A stretch of DNA of 64,000 nt, taken from assembly GCF_016433145.1 (NCBI RefSeq), contig NC_058130.1:708317536-708381535 (forward strand), given 5' to 3'. The notes below the pieces were generated by a model. The model did not search any database. It worked only from the letters and a program-made list of their open reading frames with translations, and had not been told where the DNA came from. Position 1 is the first letter of the stretch, and every line of letters starts with the position of its first letter. Below are positions 1 to 13,942 of the stretch, piece after piece. The translations under genes were made by a program, and so were the position numbers. This DNA is from Gracilinanus agilis (Eukaryota).

Positions 1-2362
1 TAGGGCCTGGGGAAAGGGCAGTTCCTCACCCTTCCTGCTAGGGCCTGGAGGGGTACAGAGCCAGGCCCCACAACGGTTACAGTGCCCAAGTGGGTAGATG
101 CTTTTCCTGGGTACAGTCCAACAGGCAGGGCAGCGGATTCCATACTTTTTATACCTGTGTGAGGGCAGTAGGTAGGTAGTAGTAGTAAAAGGCATTGATA
201 TGGTAATGGAACTTACAAAAACCAAACTCTTACTGTCCTAGTAACAGCTTTAAGACAGAAGGCCATCACTTCTCAGTCTTTTGGCTAAGATCAAGACAGA
301 AGGCCAAGAGCTAGGCCATGGGGGTTAAATGACTTGCCCAGGGTCACACAGCTAGGAAGTATCTGAGGCTAGATTTGAACTCAGGTCCTCCCAACTCCAA
401 ACCTGACAACTCTATCCACTGAGCCAACTAATTACCACTCATAGTACTTAAAAATTTTTCAAAACAAATATCTCATCCTCACCACAGAGCTGGGCTATTC
501 CCATGTTATAAGAGGAAGAAACTGAAGTGGATTCAATGATTTGCCCAGGGTCACAGGGTTAATAAGTATCTGAGGCTGGATTAGAACTCCTGGCTCCAGG
601 GCCAGCACCCTATCCACTTTGCCACTTATTTCAGAAACTAGGAAGCTGTCACCAAGTTCCCTTCTGACTCTCCAAGGGCCTTGAAAGGAAGGAAGGTTGC
701 TCGAATGCTTACATTCCTAAACCAAGTGGAATAAAGCTTCCTGACCCCTGGGCCAACTCTTAGAACCCCAAAACCTGGCCTGGGGTCACCTCACACTCAT
801 TGCTGCTTGCCAGGCACGTACCTGATGCCACAGGCATTACACAGTGGGGTCCCATCCTCGGCATCCCGCCACAGCGGTGTTCTCTGGGTTCGGCAGGAGG
901 CACAGCTTCGACTCCCTGAAAGGTCGGAGATAGGGATGAAGGAAGAAACAGCCACCCGCTTGGACCCTCTAAGCCTAATAATGGGGCCCCGAATTCCTGG
1001 TGTAGAAGAGGGTCCCTGGGGTTCCAGGGCTAGCCCTCCCCCTCCTCCCAAGGCCCAGAAGTCACACTATGCCAGGTGGTCCACTAAAAGAGCAGAGGCA
1101 GCCTTGATGAGGGGGAAGAGAGAGGGATGGCAGACAGAAATCGGAGGGCACAGAAATAGCTTCCAGCTACTGAGAAGCCTCCCAGTGGACAAGCAAGAAA
1201 CAGCCTGGTTCACCCACCTACCTTGGGAATCTTGATGGTTTGATGTGGATGCCCCCAGGGGACTAGGCAAGGCTCTCACAGGGCTAGGTGAAGCCCCCCA
1301 GCTCCGGGCACCACAGGCTGAACTGCAGGAAGGACAGGGGAGGGTTAGGCCCTGGGGATCATTCCTGCCTTCTCAGTTCTCAGGGTTCCACGTAAGGAGA
1401 AGTCCTGAATCACCCCTTCCTCCCTTTTGCCCCAATCAGCCGCTCTCCACTCCACTGTCCCCAGGTCTCTCCAGTGGGGGTAACACTTAGCCTCTGGGGC
1501 AAGAAACGTGAGGAGGCTGTTTGGATGCTCCCCTCTGTACCTGAATTGGGCAGTGATCAGCAGCTGGTGTCCCTCCCGCTCAGGCTTCAGGTGCATCTTC
1601 AGCATAACGCCCTGGAATCCGGGCTCCAGCCCCTCAGCTCCCCTTTGCGGGTGGGGCTGCTTGCGGAGGGTCCTGCCTGCCAGGGCCTGGAGGCCAGGTG
1701 GGCTCCCCAGTCTCACTCCTGGCCCTACCTGCTTCCTGGCCCTTGGGGGACTCAGTCGGTGACACTGCAGGCTGATGAGGGCTAAGGAGTCCACTGCATC
1801 CCAGGCAGGAGGGCCCCCGGGGACAGTCAGGGGGGCCAAGGCCCTGGGGGGCCCTGGGGGCTCCTGCCAGGGCTCAGCTTGGGAGGCTTCGGGGGCAGGA
1901 GCCTGAGGGAGCCGCTCTGCTGTCTCCTGAAGGAAGCGCAGGCCGGTCACTGCAGCTGGGAGGGCCAGCCAAGGAGACCTAGGGGCAGCAGGCAATGGGA
2001 TTAGCTGCCCTCCCCCAGGGTCCCCCGATTGACCCGAGACCCCCCTGGGCGCGGCCCCTAGGCGACCCTGCATGACCCCCCAGGGGGCGTCCCGGGGGTG
2101 ACCCCAAGGATCTGGGATGGGAGGGCTACTCAGGCCGGGCCCAGGCCTCCCGGGGCTGAGGGGCGGGTGGGGGGAGGGTGTGAGCCCTTAGACACCTGCA
2201 GCCCCCAGGGCCTTGGTTCTCCCGGCGCAGGATTAAGGAGCCGACGCTGGGAGAGGGGCGAGGCAGAGGGTGGACCCCCTGGAGCCCGGGCGCCGGCTCC
2301 AAGCAGGGCGGGGCCAGCAGCTCCCGGAGGTCAGAGAAGTCCGGGGTGGGCTCCCCCTCCAT
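1..2362 (-). CDS. ZGLP1: GATA-type zinc finger protein 1 (GLP-1); 5 coding exons, 3' end beyond window
   Basis: Exons 2362-2196, 1978-1541, 1322-1222, 915-822 and 154-<1, all GT-AG with matching phases (2,2,1,2). Motifs: MEGEPTPDFSDLRELLAPPCLEP, VTGLRFLQET, RKQPHPQRG..PGFQGV, GATA finger CASCRTQRTPLWRDAEDGTPLCNACGIRYKKYG, then CPAC..CNRC. The ATG is in a gccATGG context. Position next to FDX2 matches known synteny. Confidence 0.93.
265..295 (+). pseudogene. 3'-truncated U2 snRNA retrocopy
   Basis: ATCACTTCTCAGTCTTTTGGCTAAGATCAAG matches the U2 5' end (ATCGCTTCTCGGCCTTTTGGCTAAGATCAAG) with 3 mismatches. It is flanked by a 13-bp TSD AAGACAGAAGGCC (252-264 and 293-305) inside a SINE. Confidence 0.85.
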
Positions 2363-2620
2363 GGCGCGAGCGGGAGACCCCACCCCAGACCTCTGGCTAT
2401 TCCGGACGCTCCCACCACCCCCGCGCCCGACCAAGGGGGAACTGGCGGCAGCTGAGGGGGGCGTGGCCATTGCAAAGGCCCCACCCCGTCCTGAGTGTCC
2501 AGGACCCGGCTTTAGGGGCCACGCCGCCGACCCAGGGGGGGTCCTGGGCAGACACTCGCATGCGCGCCCGCCTTTCTGGCCTAGGCTGGTTTTCTCCGTT
2601 CTAGATTTTTCCCGACCCCA
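1950..2620 (-). promoter_or_regulatory. GC/CpG-rich ZGLP1 5' region with NRF1-like site
   Basis: CpG-rich relative to the flanks. CGCATGCGCG at 2557-2566 matches the NRF1 core, about 200 bp upstream of the ATG. Confidence 0.5.
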
Positions 2621-3389
2621 CTCCCACTTGCTACATGTGAGGCCATTGGGCAAATTACTTCTAGGAACCATTTGTTTCCTCTTTATAAAACGAGGGGAGG
2701 GGGTAGATTAGATGATTTTCCAAAGCTTATTGCAGTTTATTCAGTTCATTCCTGTCTTGGAGGAGCACTGAGTGGGCCTGGGCCTTTGGGAAGCACGGAC
2801 CCTAGACCTGGTTTTCTTCCTGCATGGGGCAAGTCTTTCCATTTCTTGGCACCTTACATTCCTAAGCTAGGTTCCATTTCCCTCAAGTTTCTATTTCTAA
2901 GCCTCCAACTCATGGGATAGTGTTGGCCTGGCCTCCAGGATTAGCCTGTTTTCACATCTGCAAAGTGGGGATGATTATAATTATCTCTCACAGGGTTGTT
3001 GAGGGGACTAAATGATATATGTAAATCACTTTGCAAGCTTTAATGAGCTGTGCAAATATTGACTATCCTGTCCCACAATTTATCTGCTAGAAACCCCCCT
3101 CATTTTCCAATTCAAAGGGACAAGTCACCTGAGTGAGCACTGGACTTCTGAGTCCTATGCAGAAGGCCTGGGATTCAGTTTTCTCTCTATTCTGCTTGCA
3201 TGTATGAATCTGACTCTGGCCAAATCTCTTTCTGGTGAACTGTCTCTCTAAGGTGTTTCCAATTTAAAATCTTCTGTTCTTATAAATTTAGGCTTATCCT
3301 GTTTGTCAGAGGGGTGGTGGCAGAATTATGGTTATCTAAGGCCCCTCCCTGTCCCAAAGAGGTTCCACAGACTCTGATGAACAAAGTGT

Positions 3390-3395
3390 TTTATT
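3390..3395 (-). terminator. FDX2 polyadenylation signal AATAAA
   Basis: First TTTATT on the + strand past the FDX2 stop, about 360 nt downstream on the minus strand. Confidence 0.65.
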
Positions 3396-3755
3396 GTGGC
3401 GCTAACAGATACCCCCACTTTGGGGGTCCAGGAGCCTTCTCCCCCCACTCCTTGCCAGGGCTGAAGCAAGAGGGGGAACCTTTTCCCCTAAAGCACAACT
3501 GCAGATTCCTCCTAAGAAAAGAGAGACTCCTCCATAGCCTCTCTCCTAAGTCCCCTTTGAAGGGCCATAAGGCTTCCACAATCTGATCAGCTTTGGTCAA
3601 CAGGGGTAGGCCCTAAGGAGAAAAAGGCAAGTGACAGGCTATATGTCCATTAAAGGAGTCCATGCCCAAGCCAGGCAACTACCAAGCCCTGAGGAAGAGG
3701 CCTGAGTGTCCAGCAGCTTGCAGGTGCCTCCAAACCCCTTTGCTGGTCCTCCCTG

Positions 3756-5720
<1,965 letters not shown>

Positions 5721-5768
5721 AAATAATCAGTCAAGTACAGTTTCATTAAAATCATTTTACTTAAAAAC

Positions 5769-5774
5769 TTTAAT
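5769..5774 (-). terminator. Probable RAVER1 polyA signal ATTAAA
   Basis: TTTAAT on the + strand. No TTTATT was seen between the RAVER1 stop and the FDX2 promoter. An AGTAAA alternative is at 6333-6338. Confidence 0.45.
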
Positions 5775-7610
5775 TCAGCAAATGTGGATTTCAAGGGACA
5801 GTCATATTTACGAGGACAGAGCTACTATCCCCCACCCAGGGTTCCTGTAGGGCAGACAGTGGAGGCACTGAAAACCTTGCCCTGGAAACTAGGGCTGGTC
5901 CAAAGACAGCAGGTTGGAGCCTAGAGCCCTGGAACAGGTAGTCCCTGGCAGGTCTAGCTCGGAAGACAAAGACAAAGTACAGATTAAGAGGGGCTATTAG
6001 GAACATGGGAGTGCAGTGGGGAAAAGCCCGAGGCGGGTCTTGGGAATGGGGGGAGAGGAAAGGTTAGGCATATGAGGTGATGTGCCCTGGGGCACATGGA
6101 GGCACTAGAGGGGGTTGGCTCACTTGAGTTGGGAGAGGGGCAGCCTACCCTAAAAGAGGAGGCCTGGGATGGCCCTTTCCTCTCCCTGGGGGCAAAGGTT
6201 ATCATTCTGCTTGGAGACTTTGGCCTTAGGGCTGGGGGCAGCTGGAGCTTTCCAGCTGACATAATTGGGCAGAAAGAATTTCACCATAAAAACCAAGTGG
6301 GGACAAAGTATGGGTGAAATGAAAGATAAAGCTTTACTTCAAAGGAGACCTCTGTAACTGTTGGGTCTGCAATCCAACAGAAAGCCACTCTCCAGCTGAG
6401 CTCATTGAGAGGAGGGGCTGGCTTAAAGGCTCACCTCCCAGTCTGTCCCTTCCTCTATCAGCTGTTTGGTCCTGAGTTTTAAGGAGAGAAGTGTAGCCCC
6501 AGCAGCTTCAGAATGAACCACAGATGCTGAGTTCTCTGGACTGGGCGGGGACTGAGGCTCAGGGCCTTAAGGCATCTGGGGACACAGGAAGGGCCATTAT
6601 TTCTGTATAAAGACCAAAAGCAGCAGCAGGGGGTGGGAGGCAGCCACACCTGCAGCATTAAAAAAAAAAAAAAAAAGCAGCCCCCCTCCCCCCCAACCAT
6701 TTCCAATATGTGGCTAAGAAGTTTAAAGCCATAAAGAAAATACAAAAGTTGAGCTTCCCAGGCTCCCTGGGATGCCCAGGAATCAGGGAGCTGGGTTCTT
6801 CCTGGCTTATTATTAAAAAAACAACACACACAAGAAAATAAAAACAATTGTTAAAAAATTTAAAGGCAACCTACAGATACAGCATTCCCCTAAAAAGGAA
6901 GCTGCACAATGTCCAAAGGCACTCAAACCCCAGGATCCAGCATAGGCCCAGCCTTATGGAGCCACCCAGGGAGCCCAAGACGCCTCTCAAGAGACACCAA
7001 GGAGAAAGAAAGGAGGGAGACAAAACACACAAAGAGATGACAGAAAATGGATGAGAGAAAAGTCAATGAAGAGTTACAGAGAAAAGGGTATTGAGGAGAA
7101 AGCAAGAATGAGGTCACAAACCCTGGGGGCCTCTTAAGGCTACAATGTTTTTGGGACAGGATCTCTGGTGGCCCCCCCCAGAAGTCCAAAGTGGGGCAGG
7201 GCAAGAATATTGCCCTAGAAGAGTGACATAGGTCCCAGGGTATGGGGAAAAGCAATCCTGACTCCTGCCCAGTCTGGTCCCTACATGTTACTTGAAGGAC
7301 ATCCCCTCTTTTTCTTTTCCCCCACTAAACAGGAACTCTGCAAGTCTATAGAACTGCAGGGCCCAGGGAGGATGTCAAAAGGTGCTGGTACTGAAGGGAA
7401 CAACCCCCATTCCCTGGCACAGCCATTTCTACTAAGGAGAAAGGAGCTGAGTCTGAGAGGGCTGGCCCTGATCAGAAGGCAAATTCTTTACATACATTGT
7501 TGTGTTTTTTTTTTGTTTGTTTTGTTTTTTTAAAAACTGGAAATCCAAGAGTGGGCTTTAAAAGCAGTCAGCCAGCTTGGGGTAGGGTCGAGGTTTTGAT
7601 CAGGGGTTCA

Positions 7611-10600
7611 TTAGAATATCCTCTTGCGTTTCAGGTAGGAATCTGCATAATGGCCCCCCAGGCCTTGGGAATGCTGCCCCACATACCCCCCTTCAGGGCT
7701 AGGCTCTGGGGAAGGAAGCAGGTGGGAGAAGCCCCGTTTCTGGCCACCCATAGGAGTCTGTGAATACAAAGTACAAAGCAGTAGGTGAAAGGTGGTCCCC
7801 CTTCCCCAGTCTTCCCCACGAACCACCTGCCCCAAGCCATTTACCTTCATCAGGCTGCCATGGCTGTCAGGGCCAGGACCCAGACCCAAGAGACCCTCTC
7901 CAGAACCCATGGGGGACGTGCCAACAACCTGAGAGGTGAGGGAGCATCAGTCTCGATTCCCATGATTCAGGCTTGCTAATCTCCCCTTTGCCCCATGAAA
8001 TCTTTTTGCTAGATACAACTTCTCTTCCCCAAAGGGACCTGGATTCTTTCATGAAATCTGCAACCCTCCTGAAGTTGGCTCCTCCACAATTAAAAGGTGA
8101 CTGTTGCCCCGAGGCTCCACCTCCCCCTCAGACTTGGAATTTCTGATGGTGGGCCAGGCAAGGAGTTCTTAAGCACTCTACTTCCCACTCCTCAGTAACC
8201 CCCCCCCTTTACATGTCCAATTAGGGGATCTTACCTTGTTGAGGTGACTCTGCTTGAGGCCAGCCTGCAGACCACTGGTGAAATAGGAGGTAGGGGAACC
8301 TGAGTAAAAGTGGGGAAGCCCCCCACTTCCACTGCCCCGTTCACCAAACCCACTGGGTGGGGGAGACATCTGCAGGGAACCAAGAAAACAAGAGACATGG
8401 GTGAGATTGGGTAAGAGAAAAAGAATGGGATGGGATAGAGAAAAGGGAATTTTACCTTATGTCTGCTGTGCCCAAGTGGTCCTAGTATGGGCCCCACAGA
8501 TTCTCGAGGATGGGAAAATATACGCCTTGGACCCAAATCCTGGTGAAGAGATCATACAGTTGGAAGGAAAGGTTCAGAGAACTAAACAGCTTCATAGCAA
8601 CCACCTCAGTAACTATAGCCCATATGGTCTTCCTGGTCAGGCATCCCTCTTTTGCTCTCTCCTAAGTTATAAAGCAACTGAGTTATAGAGCCCAAACTTC
8701 CTAGGAGAGAGCCTGGAGTGTGTTCCAAGGTCAGTAAACTCCTGTCCTGTTTGATCAGCATGAGCTGATTGAATATATGAGCTTCATGTGTGGTAAGATA
8801 AAGAAAATAGAAGGACAGAAGAAAAGGCAGAAGGTTGAGGCCCATAAGTCTTACCGGTGGATAGTCAAAGCCATAGCCATCTGAGGAAAGGCCTGAATCA
8901 GTGGACAGACGGGTGCTAGAAGTACCGCCCAGCATACTGGATTTCAGATTAAAAGCTTTGCTGCCACTCCCTGGGGCCAAAGGGAAAATATCAGATTTGC
9001 TTTTCTTAAAGCTATTCTACTCCCAACCCAACCCCTGAACCCCCATCCCTTCCCACCCTTACTCCAACCCAACTCCAGCCTAGACACTTTACTAAGCAGG
9101 CTACCTGTTGGTAAGAGACTGTGTAGGTTTAGGTAAGGGTTCAAAGGGATCCTGAAGTCCTTGGGAGGCTCTCCCAGCAGTGAGACCTAGGCAGGAAGAC
9201 ACAATCACCTTTGGCAAAGGCTTCCCATAACCTTGCCTGTTCCTCACCCAGAGGAAGGGTTTAAGTCTTACCCCAGAGGTTGGTGGGGGCCCATTCTCAC
9301 TGAGTTTCTGTAATCCACTGAGAACAGAACCCCGAAGGGAGGCAGGAGGTGGAGTGAGCTGAGTGGCTGAAGCCCCCAGAGCCAGAGCTTCACGATCTCC
9401 CCCTGCTGTGCCCAGCAGTGGAGGCAAGAGAGATGGAGGCTTCCCTCGAACTGGGGGCATGTCTGAGGGCAGGACTCCTCCTTTGAAAAGAGAATCTGCC
9501 ATGAGCATGGGAAACCCTAATTCTCCACCACCACCGCCCCATCTCCCCTCCCCCCCCAATCTAATCTCCTGTGAAGTCTGTCTGGCCTTTCAAGATCATC
9601 CCAAACTGTTTGTGCTATCACATAATCACTCCGTGTGAATTTTGTATTTCTCACTGTCCAGGCTGTTTCCTTTATACTGCAATAGAATGTAAAGACAGGA
9701 GTACACTGTATGTGTATATTCAGTGGGTACTTACTATATGCTTCTGAATGAACTGACTTTGTGGAAGGAGAGAATGCAGCAGAAACCCAATTTACCTGCA
9801 GGTAACTCTCCAAGAAGAGTGTTCCCAGGCTGGGTCCCAGATTGGAATGACCCTAAGGGAGAGTCTCCAAGGATCCCTGGTTTCTAGAAAGAGTTTGGTC
9901 AGTGTCAGAACTCAGGTAAATTTGAGCACCCAAGAGTAAACACTATTGGAGGGCAAGAGGTGGCCCATCAAAGCAACACAAGGGGAAAAAATCATCAGTA
10001 CTTCCAGTGGTGGGAGAAGAAGTCTGGTATTCATCAGTAAATCAAAACAACTACTGCTATTCCAAGAAAGATAATTGAAGACAGAAAATGAAAGTCCATT
10101 TCAGGAAGATAAGGATTATAAAGAAAAGGAAGGATCAATGAAAAGGTCAAAGTCCTCAGGTAGAGCTGGCCTAGGGCAGTCTCCAGTCAGGAAGTTTCTA
10201 GACAGTGGGGATAGAAAGTAGGTTTTCAGTTGGTCAATAGTGATCTGTGAACAAGACCTCCATGGTCAAACTAGGTCTCTGATTGTCAGCCTGCCAACCG
10301 GGCAGATGTAAGTGATGTGGTAGACTTCTGCAGAAAGGAATGGAGTTGCTTGATAATTATTCCTGGCCTTATCTTCCAACTCCTGACTCTGGTGGAGAGC
10401 TGGTATAGACTATGGAATTATGACCCAAGGAAGGAGGAAAAGGCAGTACCTGCTGGACTTGGCTCTGAGTCTGTAGGGCAAGCTGAAGCAATGCTGTGGA
10501 TAAAGCTGGGCTGTTCAACAGGGGCATGGTTGGAGGTGCACCCAGGAGGCCTATGAGACCAGGAAAAAAAAAAAAATCACTACTCCCTGGTTTTCCATTA

Positions 10601-13600
10601 TATTTCCTTACCACCCAGGAATACCTCCCAGGATCTATCTCCACATCCCAGAGGGCTAAAGGGAACACTTACCTTGCTTATTTCCACCCCCAGGACCATG
10701 CAGCAGAGGATTCAGAAGAAGTTGTAGAGATGCAGGGGGTCCTAAGCTACTGAGGATCTGAAGAATGTTTGGCTCAGGCAGCAGCCCCTTCCCCCTGTTC
10801 AGAGCCTTAAGAGACAAACCAAAGAAACCAATCATAGTTCAGCACTGCCACATAAAGATTAACCCAGGGCCTGGCAAGAGGGTAACATGAAGTAAGGTAT
10901 CCTAAATCCCAGACACCTAGGCCAGGAAACATGGGTTGCTTAATGTCCTATGTCCAAGGAGGCCCCACTCACCGTGGCCTGGGCAGCAATGAGGGCAGCT
11001 AGCATACTCCGGCCTGGAGGGCCTGGGGCACAGAAAGACACTCGGACAGGATTTCCAGCCAGGACCATCCCATCGGCCTGCTGCTGGGCTTCTTCAGCCA
11101 TCTGTGATGTCTCATACTCCAACACTGCAAAGCCCTTCAGCTGTCCATCCTGTCCATATGCGAGCTGTGAGGCAAAAAGACAGGAAATAAACTGGGGAGG
11201 CCTATCACTACCCACCTCCCAGTTTAGAGATAGGCAAGTCAAGAAATCTATGGTCAGGTCATCATGATATAGTAGAAAAACCAAGGACTTTGGAGCCAGA
11301 AAACCCAAATTCAAATTATGGCTCTGGTAAGTCATTCTCTGTCTCTAGGCCAATTTCCTCCTCTATGAAATGAAATGGACTGTAAGGTTCTTCCCATGCC
11401 CCTATTAATAAAGGTGTAACACTGACAATGAGCCAGGCAAGCTTAGGCCTGTTTACCTGGCAGAAGGTGGGAGAATGTACAGAAGAAAGAGCCTGTCGAA
11501 GTTCATCCACATCACTGTAGCCCTGGGGTAGGTGGTCAACACAGAGGCATCGTGAATGCAACAGTGCTGGAGTCAGCTGGCTGGCATCTGTCCAGTGCAC
11601 ATACAGTGTCCGGGGGCCCAGTGGTTTGCCCAGTAGGTCTGACTTGGCTCTAGCTGCTGAATCCTTCTTCATATACTCTACAAAGCCATAGCCCTTGGAG
11701 TGACCACTGCGCTCACTGTACACCAGGAAGCAGCGCTCCAGATTGCCAAAGGGTCTCACTAGCTCCTCAAACTGCTGCTGTGTGTAGCTTGGGGGCAAGT
11801 TGGCAATACAAAGCAGGGCATCTGTGGGCTGCAGCTGCACTGACAGCTCCTTATCCCTCAGGTGGCTCTGGTGAAATGTGCGGATCGCTGATTCTGCTTG
11901 TTCCCCATTCAGCAAAGTCACAAAAGCTGGGATGAAGGGAATCACAGAGGGAAAAAATGAATACAACTAATAAAACAAGAGCGCCCCCAGAATCTCATCC
12001 TCTTGCCCTACAGCTTCCAGACCACTTTTCTTGGAGGGCATGTCTTTCCTAATCTCAATTTCCCAAGCCAGAGCACCCACCACTCACCAGTCCCCTTGTA
12101 CTTGTCCACAAAACAGTACTTGAGCTCATAGTCACTGAGCAGGTCATGTACTTCCTGTAGAAATAAACAGGAGATCAAGAAAAGTCACCTAGAGGCTAAA
12201 AAAGTAGGGCATTGAGGGGTTGCGGGGTAAATGGCTTGAGAGAAGAAACAAACTCCAGGATTCTGACCAGCTCCTTGATGCCAACTGCAACACTGTTCTT
12301 CACAGGAAAGCTGTGGGGACAAAGATGACGGGGCTGCCTATGCCAGATGAGATATCATGTTCCCCACAGGGTTAAAGTAGTGGACAGAAGACTTAGGACT
12401 CCAGAAATTCGAACACCAGGCCAGAAGCAGAATTTGTCCTAAAACCAAGTAGCCTACAGATCTGTTCCTTTCCCACAGAGCTCTTTCTCAATGGTTTAAA
12501 ACCTTCCTATTTTAACACACTCTGGCAGTAAGACTAGAGACCTAGAATGTACCAGCAGCAGAAAAGAAGGTACTAGTGTAGCCATCTAATCCAATTTCAT
12601 ATCTAACAGATTCACAACTGTCAGTCTCTACTTGGACATTTTTTAAAAAATCCTTGCTTTTGTCCTAGTAACAACTCTAGGACAAAAGGGCAAAGGCTAG
12701 GCAATTGGAGTTAAATGACTTGCCCAGGGTCACCGTCACAGGTAGAAATATTGGAAGCCACATTTGAACTCCAGACTCGTTATGCCTGGTTCTCTATCCA
12801 CTGTGCCACCTGGCTGCCCTCCATCCACGTTTCTTTACAAAGAGATGTTTGTTCCTTTCTTGCAAATAAATGCCTTCCACATTTCCCTCTTCACCAGGTT
12901 CAAAGGATACTAGAAGCTTAAAAAAGAGTTGGGTTCCACTCTCCTAGCATGCCCACAGTAAATAAGGGAAGTACTGAATCCAGGGAATTGCACCAAGGGA
13001 TAGCAGAGTCATGACATTAAGGTTTACACAAGTATTCACACTAAAAACCCCATTAAGATGTTTGTTTTGCTAAGGATGAGGAATTATCTAGAGAAACTCG
13101 GCTATCCATCTTAGCGAGCCACCCACTTTTCAATGCACAAATATTCCCGGACCAGCCCCAGGAGTCAAGCCTGGCTGCCTCCTTTCCTTCCTTCCTCCAC
13201 CTCTCAGCCTGGAAGACATAAGAAAGGGCCTAGAGCCCGCAAGCAAGCCAGGAGCCTGGTAGCTTTGGGTCAGACCAGGCTGGCCCCAAGACTCTGGGGC
13301 CCCACTTCGGTGGCGCCGACTTCCAGAGACCTCCCCCAACCCTAAACTCGCCAGACGAAACACCATCCGGTCCCAGAAGAGCGCCCGCGGCCCCGCCCCG
13401 CGATGTCAATCACTCCATCTCGTACAAACTGGTTGGTTGCTCCAAGGATGCCACGCCCCCTCGATCTTTCCCTGCGTTCCCCTCCCCCCACCCAGCAGAG
13501 CACACTCCCTCGGCGTACCCCGCCCCGAACTCCCACGTTGGTATCTCCCACTCCCCACAGCCCCCTGGCGGAAGATGTCCTGCCGCCAGCGCTCTAGTCC

Positions 13601-13942
13601 GCAGGCCACCCCCCACCCCCCGGATCCCGCGGTGGTGTCTCTCATCCGTCCGTCCCCTCTACATAGACAGCGGACGTGTTAGTCTCTCTTGCCTCTCTCC
13701 CTCCCCACCCCCTCGCTTCGCACCTGGTTGGTCACGTCCCCCGGGAGGCCCCGGATGAGGATCTTTCGGCGGTTACGGAACTGGCGCTCAGTCCGCTCCA
13801 GGCGGCTCCGCACCTCTTCGGGGTCTAGTGGCGGCAGCTTCTCGTCCAGCGTCCTACGCTCTCCGACACCACCCGCTTCGGCCTCTGCCTCGGGCTTCGG
13901 GCTCAGCGGGGGCCGGTGAGTAACGGACACGTCTGCCGCCAT
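7611..13942 (-). CDS. RAVER1: Ribonucleoprotein PTB-binding 1, ~712 aa, 14 coding exons
   Basis: Exons 13942-13724, 12154-12088, 11926-11457, 11164-10973, 10805-10673, 10550-10450, 9883-9796, 9480-9272, 9186-9093 (or 9105), 8970-8855, 8539-8456, 8369-8235, 7928-7845 and 7757-7611. Starts [15 protein letters not shown]. Three RRMs; PTB-interacting motifs [21 protein letters not shown] and GLLGLGP; C-terminal NLS KRKRIF. Confidence 0.96.

Noticed and set aside
2156-2195. 40-nt micro-intron or frameshift in ZGLP1 exon 1
   Set aside because: A 3' splice-like site at 2156 is in the right phase, but 40 nt is below the normal mammalian minimum. The 217-nt intron to 1979 has a good branch point and tract and matches the protein homology.
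2363-2671. N-terminal extension of ZGLP1 from the upstream start of ORF 2126-2671
   Set aside because: No recognisable homology. It runs through promoter and MIR-like sequence, and ATG 2362 has the strong Kozak context.
9911-10040. C/D box snoRNA in RAVER1 intron 6
   Set aside because: Two CTGATGA and some CTGA motifs are present, but the C boxes are imperfect, there is no terminal stem, and the D box is too close to the acceptor.
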